Of a stretch of DNA of 64,000 nucleotides, positions 30,152-39,165 are shown piece by piece. The notes beneath the pieces are model-generated. The model did no database searches. It saw only the letters and a list, made by a program, of their open reading frames with translations, and had not been told where the DNA came from. Both the position numbers and the translations under genes were made by a program. Origin of the DNA: Patescibacteria group bacterium (GTDB lineage: Bacteria; Patescibacteriota; Microgenomatia; Levybacterales; UBA12049). The first letter of the stretch is position 1. Every line of letters starts with the position of its first letter. The stretch is taken from assembly GCA_038064195.1 (NCBI GenBank), contig JBBTTO010000002.1, positions 466,387 through 530,386 of the forward strand, in the 5' to 3' direction.

Positions 30152-31327
30152 ATGATTAGACTCATAAAATCCACCTATCACAACGAAGAGGAGACTACTA
30201 AAAAACTCATATCTTTTCTGGGACATACCAAGCAGCTAAGCTTTGGTCCTGAGTGCCATAAATTTGAGGATGAATTTGCAAAATGGCAGAAGCGTAAGCA
30301 CTGCGTTTTTCTCAATAGTGGAAGCTCTGCAAACCTTGCTATGATTCAGGCCCTTATCAACTTTGGCAAATTAAAGCCGGGTGATATGGTCGGATTCTCA
30401 GCACTTACCTGGTCTACAAATGTAATGCCGATTATCGAACTTGGTTTGAAAGCGGTACCGATTGATGTTGAGCTGGATACGTTGAATGTCTCAAGCAGAC
30501 AGTTATTGGCAACCCTCAAAAAATATCCGATCAAAATGCTTTTCCTGACAAACCTCTTGGGATTTTGCGATGATATAGATGAGATCAAGAAAATCTGTGA
30601 TAAGAAAAAAATTATTCTTCTTGAAGACAACTGTGAGTCATTAGGAACTGTCTATAAAGGGAAATTGTTGGGGAATTACGGACTCGCGAGCTCAGTCTCA
30701 TTTTATGTAGGGCATCATATGTCAACTGTTGAGGGTGGGGCAGTCTGTACTGACAGTGAGAAGTTGGCAACAATGCTGAGGATTGTCAGAGCGCATGGTT
30801 GGGACAGGAATTTATCAGAACAAAAACAAACTAAAATCAGAAATAAATATAAGATTAATTCTACTTTTTATTCACGTTACACATTTTATGATCTAGGGTA
30901 TAATCTTCGTCCGACTGAGATTAACGCTCATATTGGGAGGATTCAAATTCCGTTTTTGAAAGAAATTACCAAACAAAGAAATAAAAATTTCTTTGAAATG
31001 GCGGTACCAATTTATGCCCAAAAGGATAGATTTTATCCTATAAAATATGATCATATTGATTTTCTCTCAAATTTTGCAATACCGGTTCTCTGTAAGTCAC
31101 AAAAAATTCGGGATGAGTTAGTTGAAAAGTGCAATAATAAAATCGAAATCAGGCCAATTGTGGGCGGGGATATGACGAGACAGCCCTTCTTTAGTAAGTA
31201 TATGAAGGAGTTCTCTTATGAAAATCCGAATGCTAGACTTGTCCATGAGCAAGGTCTCTATTTCGGTAATAATCCTGAATTGACAGATAAAGAAAAAAAA
31301 TTAATTGTTCAGGTTTTTACTAAATAA
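30152..31327 (+). CDS. DegT/DnrJ/EryC1/StrS-family PLP enzyme, ColD-like GDP-4-keto-6-deoxymannose 3-dehydratase
   Basis: NSGSSANL, EDNCESLG, SFYVGHHMSTVEGG (His where the Schiff-base Lys normally sits), RAHGWDRNL, GYNLRP. Confidence 0.78.
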   Translation: MIRLIKSTYHNEEETTKKLISFLGHTKQLSFGPECHKFEDEFAKWQKRKHCVFLNSGSSANLAMIQALINFGKLKPGDMVGFSALTWSTNVMPIIELGLKAVPIDVELDTLNVSSRQLLATLKKYPIKMLFLTNLLGFCDDIDEIKKICDKKKIILLEDNCESLGTVYKGKLLGNYGLASSVSFYVGHHMSTVEGGAVCTDSEKLATMLRIVRAHGWDRNLSEQKQTKIRNKYKINSTFYSRYTFYDLGYNLRPTEINAHIGRIQIPFLKEITKQRNKNFFEMAVPIYAQKDRFYPIKYDHIDFLSNFAIPVLCKSQKIRDELVEKCNNKIEIRPIVGGDMTRQPFFSKYMKEFSYENPNARLVHEQGLYFGNNPELTDKEKKLIVQVFTK

Positions 31328-31342
31328 TCTCCCCCAACATTG

Positions 31343-32287
31343 ATGAAACTCAACAAGAAAAAGGATTGCCCTACTTGTGGGAATTCAAAGGCCATTTATC
31401 TGGATAAATTCTGGAGATGTCCAAGGTGTCTTTATCAATTTGCAGATCCTCAGGATGAATCCTTTACAAAGGCCTATTATCAGAAAGATATCGGTCTGTT
31501 GGTTCAGAATGTGCTGGAGGAAAAAGATAAAAAAGTTCATTTACGAAAGTACGCAACCTTAGCAATGAGAGATATTGCGCTGCTTAATAAAGGACTCCGA
31601 ATTTGTGACATTGGTTGCGGAACCGGTGTTTTTTTGCTGAAGTTGAAAGAGAATGGACATAAAGTATATGGGTATGACATAAATAAAGCACAAACCGAAT
31701 TCGCAAGAAAAATAAATAAATTACACCATATAAGAGATGCTCAAAGTCTTAAAGGATACTGCAGAAAAATGAAAATTAAAAAAGGATTCTTTGATGTCAT
31801 TACCTGTTTTGAGGTTATTGAGCATGTTCTTGACCTGAATGAATTTGTTGAAGAGATTTATACTTATCTCAAGCCGGGTGGAGTTCTCATAGTATCAACG
31901 CCCAATAATGAGCGTATACAGATGCATGAGAAGTGGGATTACCCCCCGATCCATGTTTCCCGGTTTAAAAAAAAGAATATGGAATTACTCCTTATGAAGC
32001 ATAGCCTGGTCATTCAGTCCTTTAGGACATTTAATGAACTTGGCTATTATTCGGGTAATCTTATAGCAAAAATGAAATTTTCACATCAGGCGCTCGAGCA
32101 TATGGTTAAAGCTTCAACTGATCCCTCATCAGCTCGAAAATCCTCAAGGAATGCTAAGTTCTTTATGCTTCTTTCGCAAGCAAAAAGAACAGCTTGCTTG
32201 TTTATTGATTTACCGCTTTATCTTTTCCTTAGTACACAAAGAGAAAAAGGTCACACAATGTTTGTTGTTGCTAAAAAGACAATATGA
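31343..32287 (+). CDS. Class I SAM-dependent methyltransferase with N-terminal Zn-finger-like Cys pairs
   Basis: CPTC..CPRC, DIGCGTG, FDVITCFEVIEHV, LKPGG..STPN. Confidence 0.85.
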   Translation: MKLNKKKDCPTCGNSKAIYLDKFWRCPRCLYQFADPQDESFTKAYYQKDIGLLVQNVLEEKDKKVHLRKYATLAMRDIALLNKGLRICDIGCGTGVFLLKLKENGHKVYGYDINKAQTEFARKINKLHHIRDAQSLKGYCRKMKIKKGFFDVITCFEVIEHVLDLNEFVEEIYTYLKPGGVLIVSTPNNERIQMHEKWDYPPIHVSRFKKKNMELLLMKHSLVIQSFRTFNELGYYSGNLIAKMKFSHQALEHMVKASTDPSSARKSSRNAKFFMLLSQAKRTACLFIDLPLYLFLSTQREKGHTMFVVAKKTI

Positions 32288-33525
32288 GAATAGGGATGAT
32301 CTTCCATTCGTTGAATGTTCCCGGGGGAAGTGCCTCTGTTTTTCTCTCATTAGCTTTAGCATTGCAGGAGCAAGGTCATATAGTTCATGTCTTTTGTTAT
32401 TATTTTGATCCTGAGTACTGTTTCCCTGAACTTAACAAAAATCTGAAAATCCACTACATCAAAAAGATTGACTCAAAGTCCCACAGGATCAATACTAACA
32501 GTATTTGGATCCGTTTATTATTAGGATACGAATATTATTTCAACGCGAGGAAAGTTTATCGACTTCTAAAGCAACACAAATTCGATATTCTATACGCCGC
32601 GGAAGCAAGTGCCTATATTCCGGCTTTAATCTACAAAAAAAAGAAATCTGCGCGAGTCTATTGGAGTGTGTTTGATCCTATTTCATTAGTTGATAATAAA
32701 CGTCCGGGAATGATAACACATAAGTATCGTTGGTTTGCCACGCTTCTTAAGGTGCATAATCTTTTTGACGCGCGTAATATTAGAAAAATTGATAGGGTAA
32801 TAGTTCCGACAAAGAAAATGAAACAACAACTTGATTCGTTCTATGGAATTAAAGCGGCTATCCTGCCGACAGCGGGAGTTCGAGTTCAAGATAGTAAAAA
32901 GAAGTATACTTCTTTAATAGAGAGCAGATTACGGGATCGATTCAATTTTAGAAAAAAGGATGAAGTTATTCTCTTTTCTAATGGACATCTTTTACCTCAC
33001 AGACGATACGAAGATGTATTATATGCTTTACAGCCGTTAATAGATCAAGGCTATCGCTTTAAATATATCATCTCTGGGAGTAATAAATTTGACCCTAATT
33101 ACTTTGTCTACCTCCAGGCTCTGATAGAGAAGTTGCATTTAAATGACTATACAATTCTTGATACGGATTTTAAGTCAAATGATGAAATTCTGGGTTACTA
33201 TCAATATTGTGATCTTTTTCTTTTTGTTAGCGTAGAGCAAACATGGGGTTTAGCTCCCTTTGAAGCAATGCTCTGTAAAAAGCCGGTAATCATCTCAAAA
33301 GGAGTAGGCTGTTCAGAAGTCTTAACAGACAGAAAAGATGTGCTCATCGTTGATGAACGTTCTCCAAAGCAGATTACAAAGAGTATTGGACTTCTTATAA
33401 AGAATAAATCATTATACAAAACAATATCGGAGAACGGGTATAAACGAACGCTTGCCGATTTCACGTATCAGAACATCGCCGGAAAGCTCGTGGATATGAT
33501 GAAGGAATCAGCTGGTCAGGTCTGA
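32284..33525 (+). CDS. GT4 family glycosyltransferase
   Basis: PGGSA, PHRRYED, QTWGLAPFEAM, KPVI. Confidence 0.85.
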   Translation: MRIGMIFHSLNVPGGSASVFLSLALALQEQGHIVHVFCYYFDPEYCFPELNKNLKIHYIKKIDSKSHRINTNSIWIRLLLGYEYYFNARKVYRLLKQHKFDILYAAEASAYIPALIYKKKKSARVYWSVFDPISLVDNKRPGMITHKYRWFATLLKVHNLFDARNIRKIDRVIVPTKKMKQQLDSFYGIKAAILPTAGVRVQDSKKKYTSLIESRLRDRFNFRKKDEVILFSNGHLLPHRRYEDVLYALQPLIDQGYRFKYIISGSNKFDPNYFVYLQALIEKLHLNDYTILDTDFKSNDEILGYYQYCDLFLFVSVEQTWGLAPFEAMLCKKPVIISKGVGCSEVLTDRKDVLIVDERSPKQITKSIGLLIKNKSLYKTISENGYKRTLADFTYQNIAGKLVDMMKESAGQV

Positions 33526-34709
33526 GAGAATACGGAGAGCATCTCTTCTGCATATTTATCCCATGATATAGTCTTTTTTACAAAATCCTGGCCGGCCGTG
33601 GCAATTTTTTTCCTAAGAGGATAGCTGTTAAAAAGAATTTCAATTTTTGTAGCAATCTGTGTCGGAGATTCCGGATCGACAAGCATAGCAGTTTGGTTAT
33701 CCTTTAATACTTCATGCGCCCCTGCCCCTCTACTGACAATAGCAACACAGCCAGACAACATCGCCTCAAAGACTGCAAGCCCCCATGTTTGTGGATTATT
33801 GGGGAAGACAAAAATATCAGATGTCTTATATTGTTTTTTTAATTCCTCTTCTGTGACTCTGCCTAAAAATTTTACATAAGATTCGAGATTGTATTTTTTG
33901 ACGAGTGACTCAACTAACAGATAGTACTGAAGGTCTGTCCTGGTTTCTCCGATAATTGATAGTGTAATATTTCCCAGCTTCTTTTTATTTACTAAGATAT
34001 TCATCGCTTTCACGAGATCTTCAAATCTTCGATGGGGGAAAAATATTCCTGTTGCCAGAACTGAAAGATTCTTCTTGGGTTTATAAATTCTTTTTGAGTA
34101 AAAGTCCTCCTGCTTTAATCCACTCCTTACAACAACTGCATCAGAGTGGAGGTATCTTTTAATAATCGATTTATTGATATTATCAAGAACAATAATTTTA
34201 TTTATTTTATTTCGGTACTTTATCCTGTATTCAAGATGAGACCACCGACGATACCATGTCTCGGGGAGACTTTCCCCTTTTACAAAGAGGTCATTCATCA
34301 TCCAGAAGTTCTTGGAAGGATCAAAATAGGCTGCGAGTTTGTACACTTCGGTTTCATGATAATTAAAAAAGTCATAGTGATTTCTTGCATCTACTTGCTT
34401 AATCAAATCACGAAGCTGTAGGAGATTGTGTCTTTTGTTAATAAAATGAGGAATAATATTGAATGTCTTTTGCAGCAGATTATATTTGGCTAAGTGGTGA
34501 GTCTGTTTTTTGCTGGACTCGTTTACTGAGTATACCTTGAGCTGTTTGAGAAGGTGAGGAAAACACTTCTCACGATCTAGATCTATGCAAAATATATCAA
34601 CGTGGTGTCCTTTGCGTTTGAGCGACAAAGCCAGTTCAAGAATTTGTCTGGCGCCGCCGCCGCTAATCTGTAGACCCCAGATAATCAAGGCTACTTTTTT
34701 CTTCTTCAT
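33516..34709 (-). CDS. GT4 family glycosyltransferase, convergent paralog of 32284-33525
   Basis: SGGGARQ, PHRRFED, QTWGLAVFEAM; start moved to MKKKKVAL at 34709. Confidence 0.85.
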   Translation of the reverse strand: MKKKKVALIIWGLQISGGGARQILELALSLKRKGHHVDIFCIDLDREKCFPHLLKQLKVYSVNESSKKQTHHLAKYNLLQKTFNIIPHFINKRHNLLQLRDLIKQVDARNHYDFFNYHETEVYKLAAYFDPSKNFWMMNDLFVKGESLPETWYRRWSHLEYRIKYRNKINKIIVLDNINKSIIKRYLHSDAVVVRSGLKQEDFYSKRIYKPKKNLSVLATGIFFPHRRFEDLVKAMNILVNKKKLGNITLSIIGETRTDLQYYLLVESLVKKYNLESYVKFLGRVTEEELKKQYKTSDIFVFPNNPQTWGLAVFEAMLSGCVAIVSRGAGAHEVLKDNQTAMLVDPESPTQIATKIEILFNSYPLRKKIATAGQDFVKKTISWDKYAEEMLSVFSQT

Positions 34710-34799
34710 CAATACTGTATAGTATATGATATAGCCTGCTTTAATAATAGAGAGAAGTTGTAGCATTCTCTTCTTATCATATTTATGGTATAGGTATGT

Positions 34800-37067
34800 A
34801 TGCATTTGAAATATTTCTTATTAATTCTTCCCTTTGCAGTAATTGCATTTTTTAATAGAAGTCTTCTTTTTAGTACTTCTAACCCATCTTGGGGAGATAT
34901 GGTAGCCATCCCACCCCAACCCCTCCCCTTTGGAGAGTCACTGTTCCATGTCTGGAGGGATGTTTTTACAGGAGGATTTGGCCCGACGAATATTCCTCAC
35001 CTTATTTTGTCTCAGTTCTCACCGATTATTCCTCATGCAATTTTACAAGGCGTATATTTATTCTTTTTATTTTTTCTCCTCTTTATAAGTTTTATTGATA
35101 TCCTCAAACAACTATCGCTTAAGAAATCTTATATGGATTTTATGGTACTTCTTGAGGCAAATTTTTTGGTGCTTATTATCTATTTTTCTAATACATTTTT
35201 AGTTAACTTTATTCAGGGTAATCCGGATGTCTATTATGGCTATTTACTCGGCATTCCGTCGATTTTATATCTTTATTTATCTATACATAAGAATGATCTT
35301 GTGTCCGGACTGAAGATGGTGCTTCTTATAACGATAGCTACTTGGTTTGGCTCTTTCTCTATTTTTTATCTTGCAGCTCTACTTCTTCCCTTTTTTATTT
35401 TATTCGTCCTTCTCTATTGGAAAAATCTAAGCTTTAAATTTTTATTACTTCTTCTTGTGTTGCTTTTAGGTAGTAATGCTTCCTTATTATTTGCGACGAT
35501 CAAGCCAATTCTCGATGCTGTCAGTTTTATTAGTGCAGCTACCGGGAAGGAAATTATCGACACTTCTTTTTCCCTTTATAAAGGGATGAATCCTTTACAA
35601 CTTCTTTATTTCGCGGGTAATTTTGGTGATGTCACATGGCTTCTTTTTAACATCCCCGGAGGATACCTTTTTATGACATCCCCACTTTATCCTCTTAGCT
35701 CAGTACAAATTGTAATTGTCCTTTTCCTTCTCATTAAAGGATTGTCAATAACAACCGAGTTTACTCAAAGACGATTAATCCTGGGGATCCTTGCAATTTA
35801 TTTGATGTTTTTCTCACTACTTTTGGTATGGGATACGTCGATTTTTGCATCTATAGCCAAGCATATTCCCATGATCGCTCTTTATAGAAATCCAAAGAAG
35901 ATTGTCTTATCTCTTTATGTCGCCTACATTGTTACAGTTTTATTTATTAAACCCCTCGTCAAACCTCATTTTTTTAGATATTCGTTACTGGGAATTCTGT
36001 TATTGACGGCAATCCCTACTATCAGCTTTATAAATGACGGATATAACGGATTGAAGAACGCGCATATTGTCTCGTCTGCTTTTTATCATAAAGATGAAGC
36101 AAAAAGCACACAAAATTTCAATCGATTTATTAATTTTCCGGATAGATTCATTGAGCTCAAAAAATACTTCAAGACGCAAGATAGCGCAGCTAACGGCGAT
36201 GGGAATTATCGTGTAGTAATACTGCCAGATAATAGTCAGACTTTGTACCAAGGTCAGCTTTTTTATCTGCTTAATCCTTTTTATATCAACATAAATGCAG
36301 CAGTTTTTGGACAGTTGAAAGATACAGTGACTATCATGAGTGTCTTGTATACCAGTCTTATTGACGGCAATTCATCAGTATCAGCTCAATTACTGCAAAT
36401 CGCTAATGTTAAGTATGTGATTGTCGATAGACAGAGTCGATATGATCTGTATACAAGTGACAAAAAACCACAGATAAGAAGCTACTACGGTACATTTACA
36501 TCAGGCCAGCCTGAAGAATTTAAAAAAATACTAGATAAGCAGAAATTTTTAAAATTGATAAATACGAATAGAGATTTCTACGTTTATAAAAATATTAATT
36601 ATACGAACACACTCGTCTATGTGCCCCAACATGTCTGTGAGATGAAGAAGTTTGGGGTATCCAATAGCGATTGTGACTTTTATGAGTCTTCAGCGACACC
36701 TCTTCCTCAAACAAGTAAAAGTTTTGTCTCTCGTCTGGTTAGAACTAGTCCGACAGATTACAGTTTTGTTTTGCATGCTGAGGCCGCCGGCAAGACGGTA
36801 GTCTTCTTTAATCAGACGTTTGATAGATTCTGGTCGCTTAGTGGGGACAAGGATAGTATTGTCAAGGTCTCTGAACACAGGATAGGTAATTTCTATGGTA
36901 ATACCTGGACTGTAGACATGCCTGAGGGTGGAGATTATTCTTTTAAAATCTCCTACAGACTCGAGCCACCCTATGTTCTGTTAGTATTTGTTTCGATACT
37001 CAGTATACTTGGGACAATGAGTCTAATGATATTCTTATCATTGAAAAGAAAAAGACAGAACACCTAA
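34800..37067 (+). CDS. Large polytopic membrane protein, probable GT-C (AftD/YfhO-like architecture)
   Basis: WGD after TM1, many TMs, YRNPKK, YRVVILP, NVKYVIVD, C-terminal FNQTFDRFW..H..NFYGNTW and a final TM. Confidence 0.6.
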   Translation: MHLKYFLLILPFAVIAFFNRSLLFSTSNPSWGDMVAIPPQPLPFGESLFHVWRDVFTGGFGPTNIPHLILSQFSPIIPHAILQGVYLFFLFFLLFISFIDILKQLSLKKSYMDFMVLLEANFLVLIIYFSNTFLVNFIQGNPDVYYGYLLGIPSILYLYLSIHKNDLVSGLKMVLLITIATWFGSFSIFYLAALLLPFFILFVLLYWKNLSFKFLLLLLVLLLGSNASLLFATIKPILDAVSFISAATGKEIIDTSFSLYKGMNPLQLLYFAGNFGDVTWLLFNIPGGYLFMTSPLYPLSSVQIVIVLFLLIKGLSITTEFTQRRLILGILAIYLMFFSLLLVWDTSIFASIAKHIPMIALYRNPKKIVLSLYVAYIVTVLFIKPLVKPHFFRYSLLGILLLTAIPTISFINDGYNGLKNAHIVSSAFYHKDEAKSTQNFNRFINFPDRFIELKKYFKTQDSAANGDGNYRVVILPDNSQTLYQGQLFYLLNPFYININAAVFGQLKDTVTIMSVLYTSLIDGNSSVSAQLLQIANVKYVIVDRQSRYDLYTSDKKPQIRSYYGTFTSGQPEEFKKILDKQKFLKLINTNRDFYVYKNINYTNTLVYVPQHVCEMKKFGVSNSDCDFYESSATPLPQTSKSFVSRLVRTSPTDYSFVLHAEAAGKTVVFFNQTFDRFWSLSGDKDSIVKVSEHRIGNFYGNTWTVDMPEGGDYSFKISYRLEPPYVLLVFVSILSILGTMSLMIFLSLKRKRQNT

Positions 37068-37070
37068 TTT

Positions 37071-38039
37071 ATGGCTAAGTCAAACATACTCGTAACTGGA
37101 TCTGCTGGATTTATTGGCTTTCATATAGCAAAGCGGTTGTTAGAACGTGGTGAAAACGTTATAGGGATAGATAACCTGAATGATTATTATGCTGTTTCTT
37201 TAAAAAAAGACAGAAATAGACTACTTACAACACACAAGAGTTACTCGTTTTATGAGGAAGACATTACCAGCAAAGAGAGACTTGAAGGGATCTTTAAGTC
37301 ACATAGAATTGACAAAATATGTCACTTAGCCGCTCAAGCAGGGGTCAGATATTCTCTGCAAAATCCCTCTCTTTATGTTGATACCAATATTTTGGGTTTT
37401 GTAAATATTCTCGAGTCTGCTCGTAAGTTCGGCGTACGTGATGTTGTATATGCATCGAGTTCTTCGGTCTATGGGGATAATCCAATGCCCCAAAATGGTT
37501 TTTCAGAAAAAGATGCTGTTAATCAGCAGATATCAGTTTACGGAATGACGAAGAGAGCCAATGAGCTTACCGCGTATACGTATCATCATCTGTATAAAAT
37601 GAATCTGACAGCTCTTAGGTTTTTTACAGCCTACGGTCCCTGGGGAAGGCCTGATATGGCCTATTTCAGTTTTACTCAGGCAATAGTGGAAGGAAAGCCT
37701 ATTAAGGTATTTAACAACGGAAAAATGAAAAGAGATTTTACCTATATTGACGACGTTGTTGGTGGCGTTCTTAGAGCATTGGAGAAGCCTTATCCGTATG
37801 AAATATTTAATATCGGTAATTCTCAAACAGTTGATTTAAATCATTTTATCGGCAGTATTGAGAGAGAATTGGGTAAAAAAGCAATTATTGAATATAACGA
37901 TTTACAGCCGGGAGATGTTATAGAAACATTTGCTGATATTACTCACGCTAAAGAAGTTCTCGATTTTCACCCCCAAACGTCAATAGATGAAGGCATAAGG
38001 AAGTTTGTTGAATGGTATAAATCATATTATGAAAAATAG
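37071..38039 (+). CDS. UDP-glucuronate 4-epimerase-like SDR
   Basis: TGSAGFIGFH, DNLNDYY, HLAAQAGVRYSL, ASSSSVYG, RFFTAYGPWGRPDMA, RDFTYIDD. Confidence 0.88.
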   Translation: MAKSNILVTGSAGFIGFHIAKRLLERGENVIGIDNLNDYYAVSLKKDRNRLLTTHKSYSFYEEDITSKERLEGIFKSHRIDKICHLAAQAGVRYSLQNPSLYVDTNILGFVNILESARKFGVRDVVYASSSSVYGDNPMPQNGFSEKDAVNQQISVYGMTKRANELTAYTYHHLYKMNLTALRFFTAYGPWGRPDMAYFSFTQAIVEGKPIKVFNNGKMKRDFTYIDDVVGGVLRALEKPYPYEIFNIGNSQTVDLNHFIGSIERELGKKAIIEYNDLQPGDVIETFADITHAKEVLDFHPQTSIDEGIRKFVEWYKSYYEK

Positions 38040-39165
38040 TTTTAATGAGTTAATGGCGAAAGCATGGTTTCGCTGGTTCTTTATTCCACTTCTTTTATTT
38101 ATTTCATCATTCTTTTTTCTGATGATTTTTGCTTATAGTTCAAAATCGTTTATTCTACTACAAAATGAGGATAAGGACGTATTTACCACTTTGTTCCCGG
38201 GTGAAATACTGGCTGGAGAAAAAGTGTCTGGAGAATTTACCGCCATGAGCGATTTTATCGGAATTGTATCTGTGAGGTTTAATACCTATGCGAGGATTAA
38301 TAATGATATTCTAACTTTCAGGATAAAAGAAAAAGGTGATAAAAAATGGTACTATGAGAATATCTATAAAGTTGATCAATTCCAGCCTAATCAACTTTTT
38401 CCTTTCGGTTTTCCTCCCATACAAAACTCAAAAAATAAAGTATTTCAAATTGAGATTGAATCAGCAAAAGGCAAATATCATGATGCTGTAGCAATAAATA
38501 CGAAAAATCCGGTCATAGTTATGAGCTACCAGCTGCCTGTCAGTAGATTTTTGTCGAAAGATGGAGCAATCGCATTATTAACCTACAAACAGAAAATAAT
38601 AACGTTCATATTTGATGCGATAGCGTCAAGAGTTCAGAATTTTATTATACTTTTTCTTCCACCTATTCTTTATTTGACTTTGATGGCATGGAGAACTAGC
38701 AAGTTTTTGGAAACGTTTGCAAATATCGTAGGCTCTGTCCTTCTGGGATATATATTTTTGATTGGCCGGCTTCTTCCGGATAATCAGCAGAACAGTGTTG
38801 TTTTTATCATAGTTCTGCTTTTTTTAATAGCAATTATTGTTCGTAAATATAAAATGAGTTATGTTATTTATTTTGTTGTCTCAATATTTTTTATACTTCT
38901 TATGTCAGGAATTCTGATTACTTTGCATAGACCGGATATCGCGGACAGGTCTGCGTTGTTTGCGTATCTTTTTCTTCTGATCGGTACGTTCCTTGGAATA
39001 ATTGAGCGTAAAAAGAAAGTGAAGAAAGGAAGCTTAGCGCTATTTTTTAACGATTTATGGATAGTTAAATTATTCTTTTTTGTATCAAACTACGTATTCT
39101 TGAGATCTCTAATGTATAGAAGAATTTATACTAAATTTCAATATGAAATTAACAAAATTAGTTAA
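38029..39165 (+). CDS. Uncharacterised membrane protein (TM, soluble domain, multi-TM C-terminus)
   Basis: N-terminal TM; soluble segment GIVSVRF..RIN.D.L.FRIKE..WYYEN..DQFQ..FPFGFP; then about 5 TMs. Confidence 0.65.
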   Translation: MKNSFNELMAKAWFRWFFIPLLLFISSFFFLMIFAYSSKSFILLQNEDKDVFTTLFPGEILAGEKVSGEFTAMSDFIGIVSVRFNTYARINNDILTFRIKEKGDKKWYYENIYKVDQFQPNQLFPFGFPPIQNSKNKVFQIEIESAKGKYHDAVAINTKNPVIVMSYQLPVSRFLSKDGAIALLTYKQKIITFIFDAIASRVQNFIILFLPPILYLTLMAWRTSKFLETFANIVGSVLLGYIFLIGRLLPDNQQNSVVFIIVLLFLIAIIVRKYKMSYVIYFVVSIFFILLMSGILITLHRPDIADRSALFAYLFLLIGTFLGIIERKKKVKKGSLALFFNDLWIVKLFFFVSNYVFLRSLMYRRIYTKFQYEINKIS

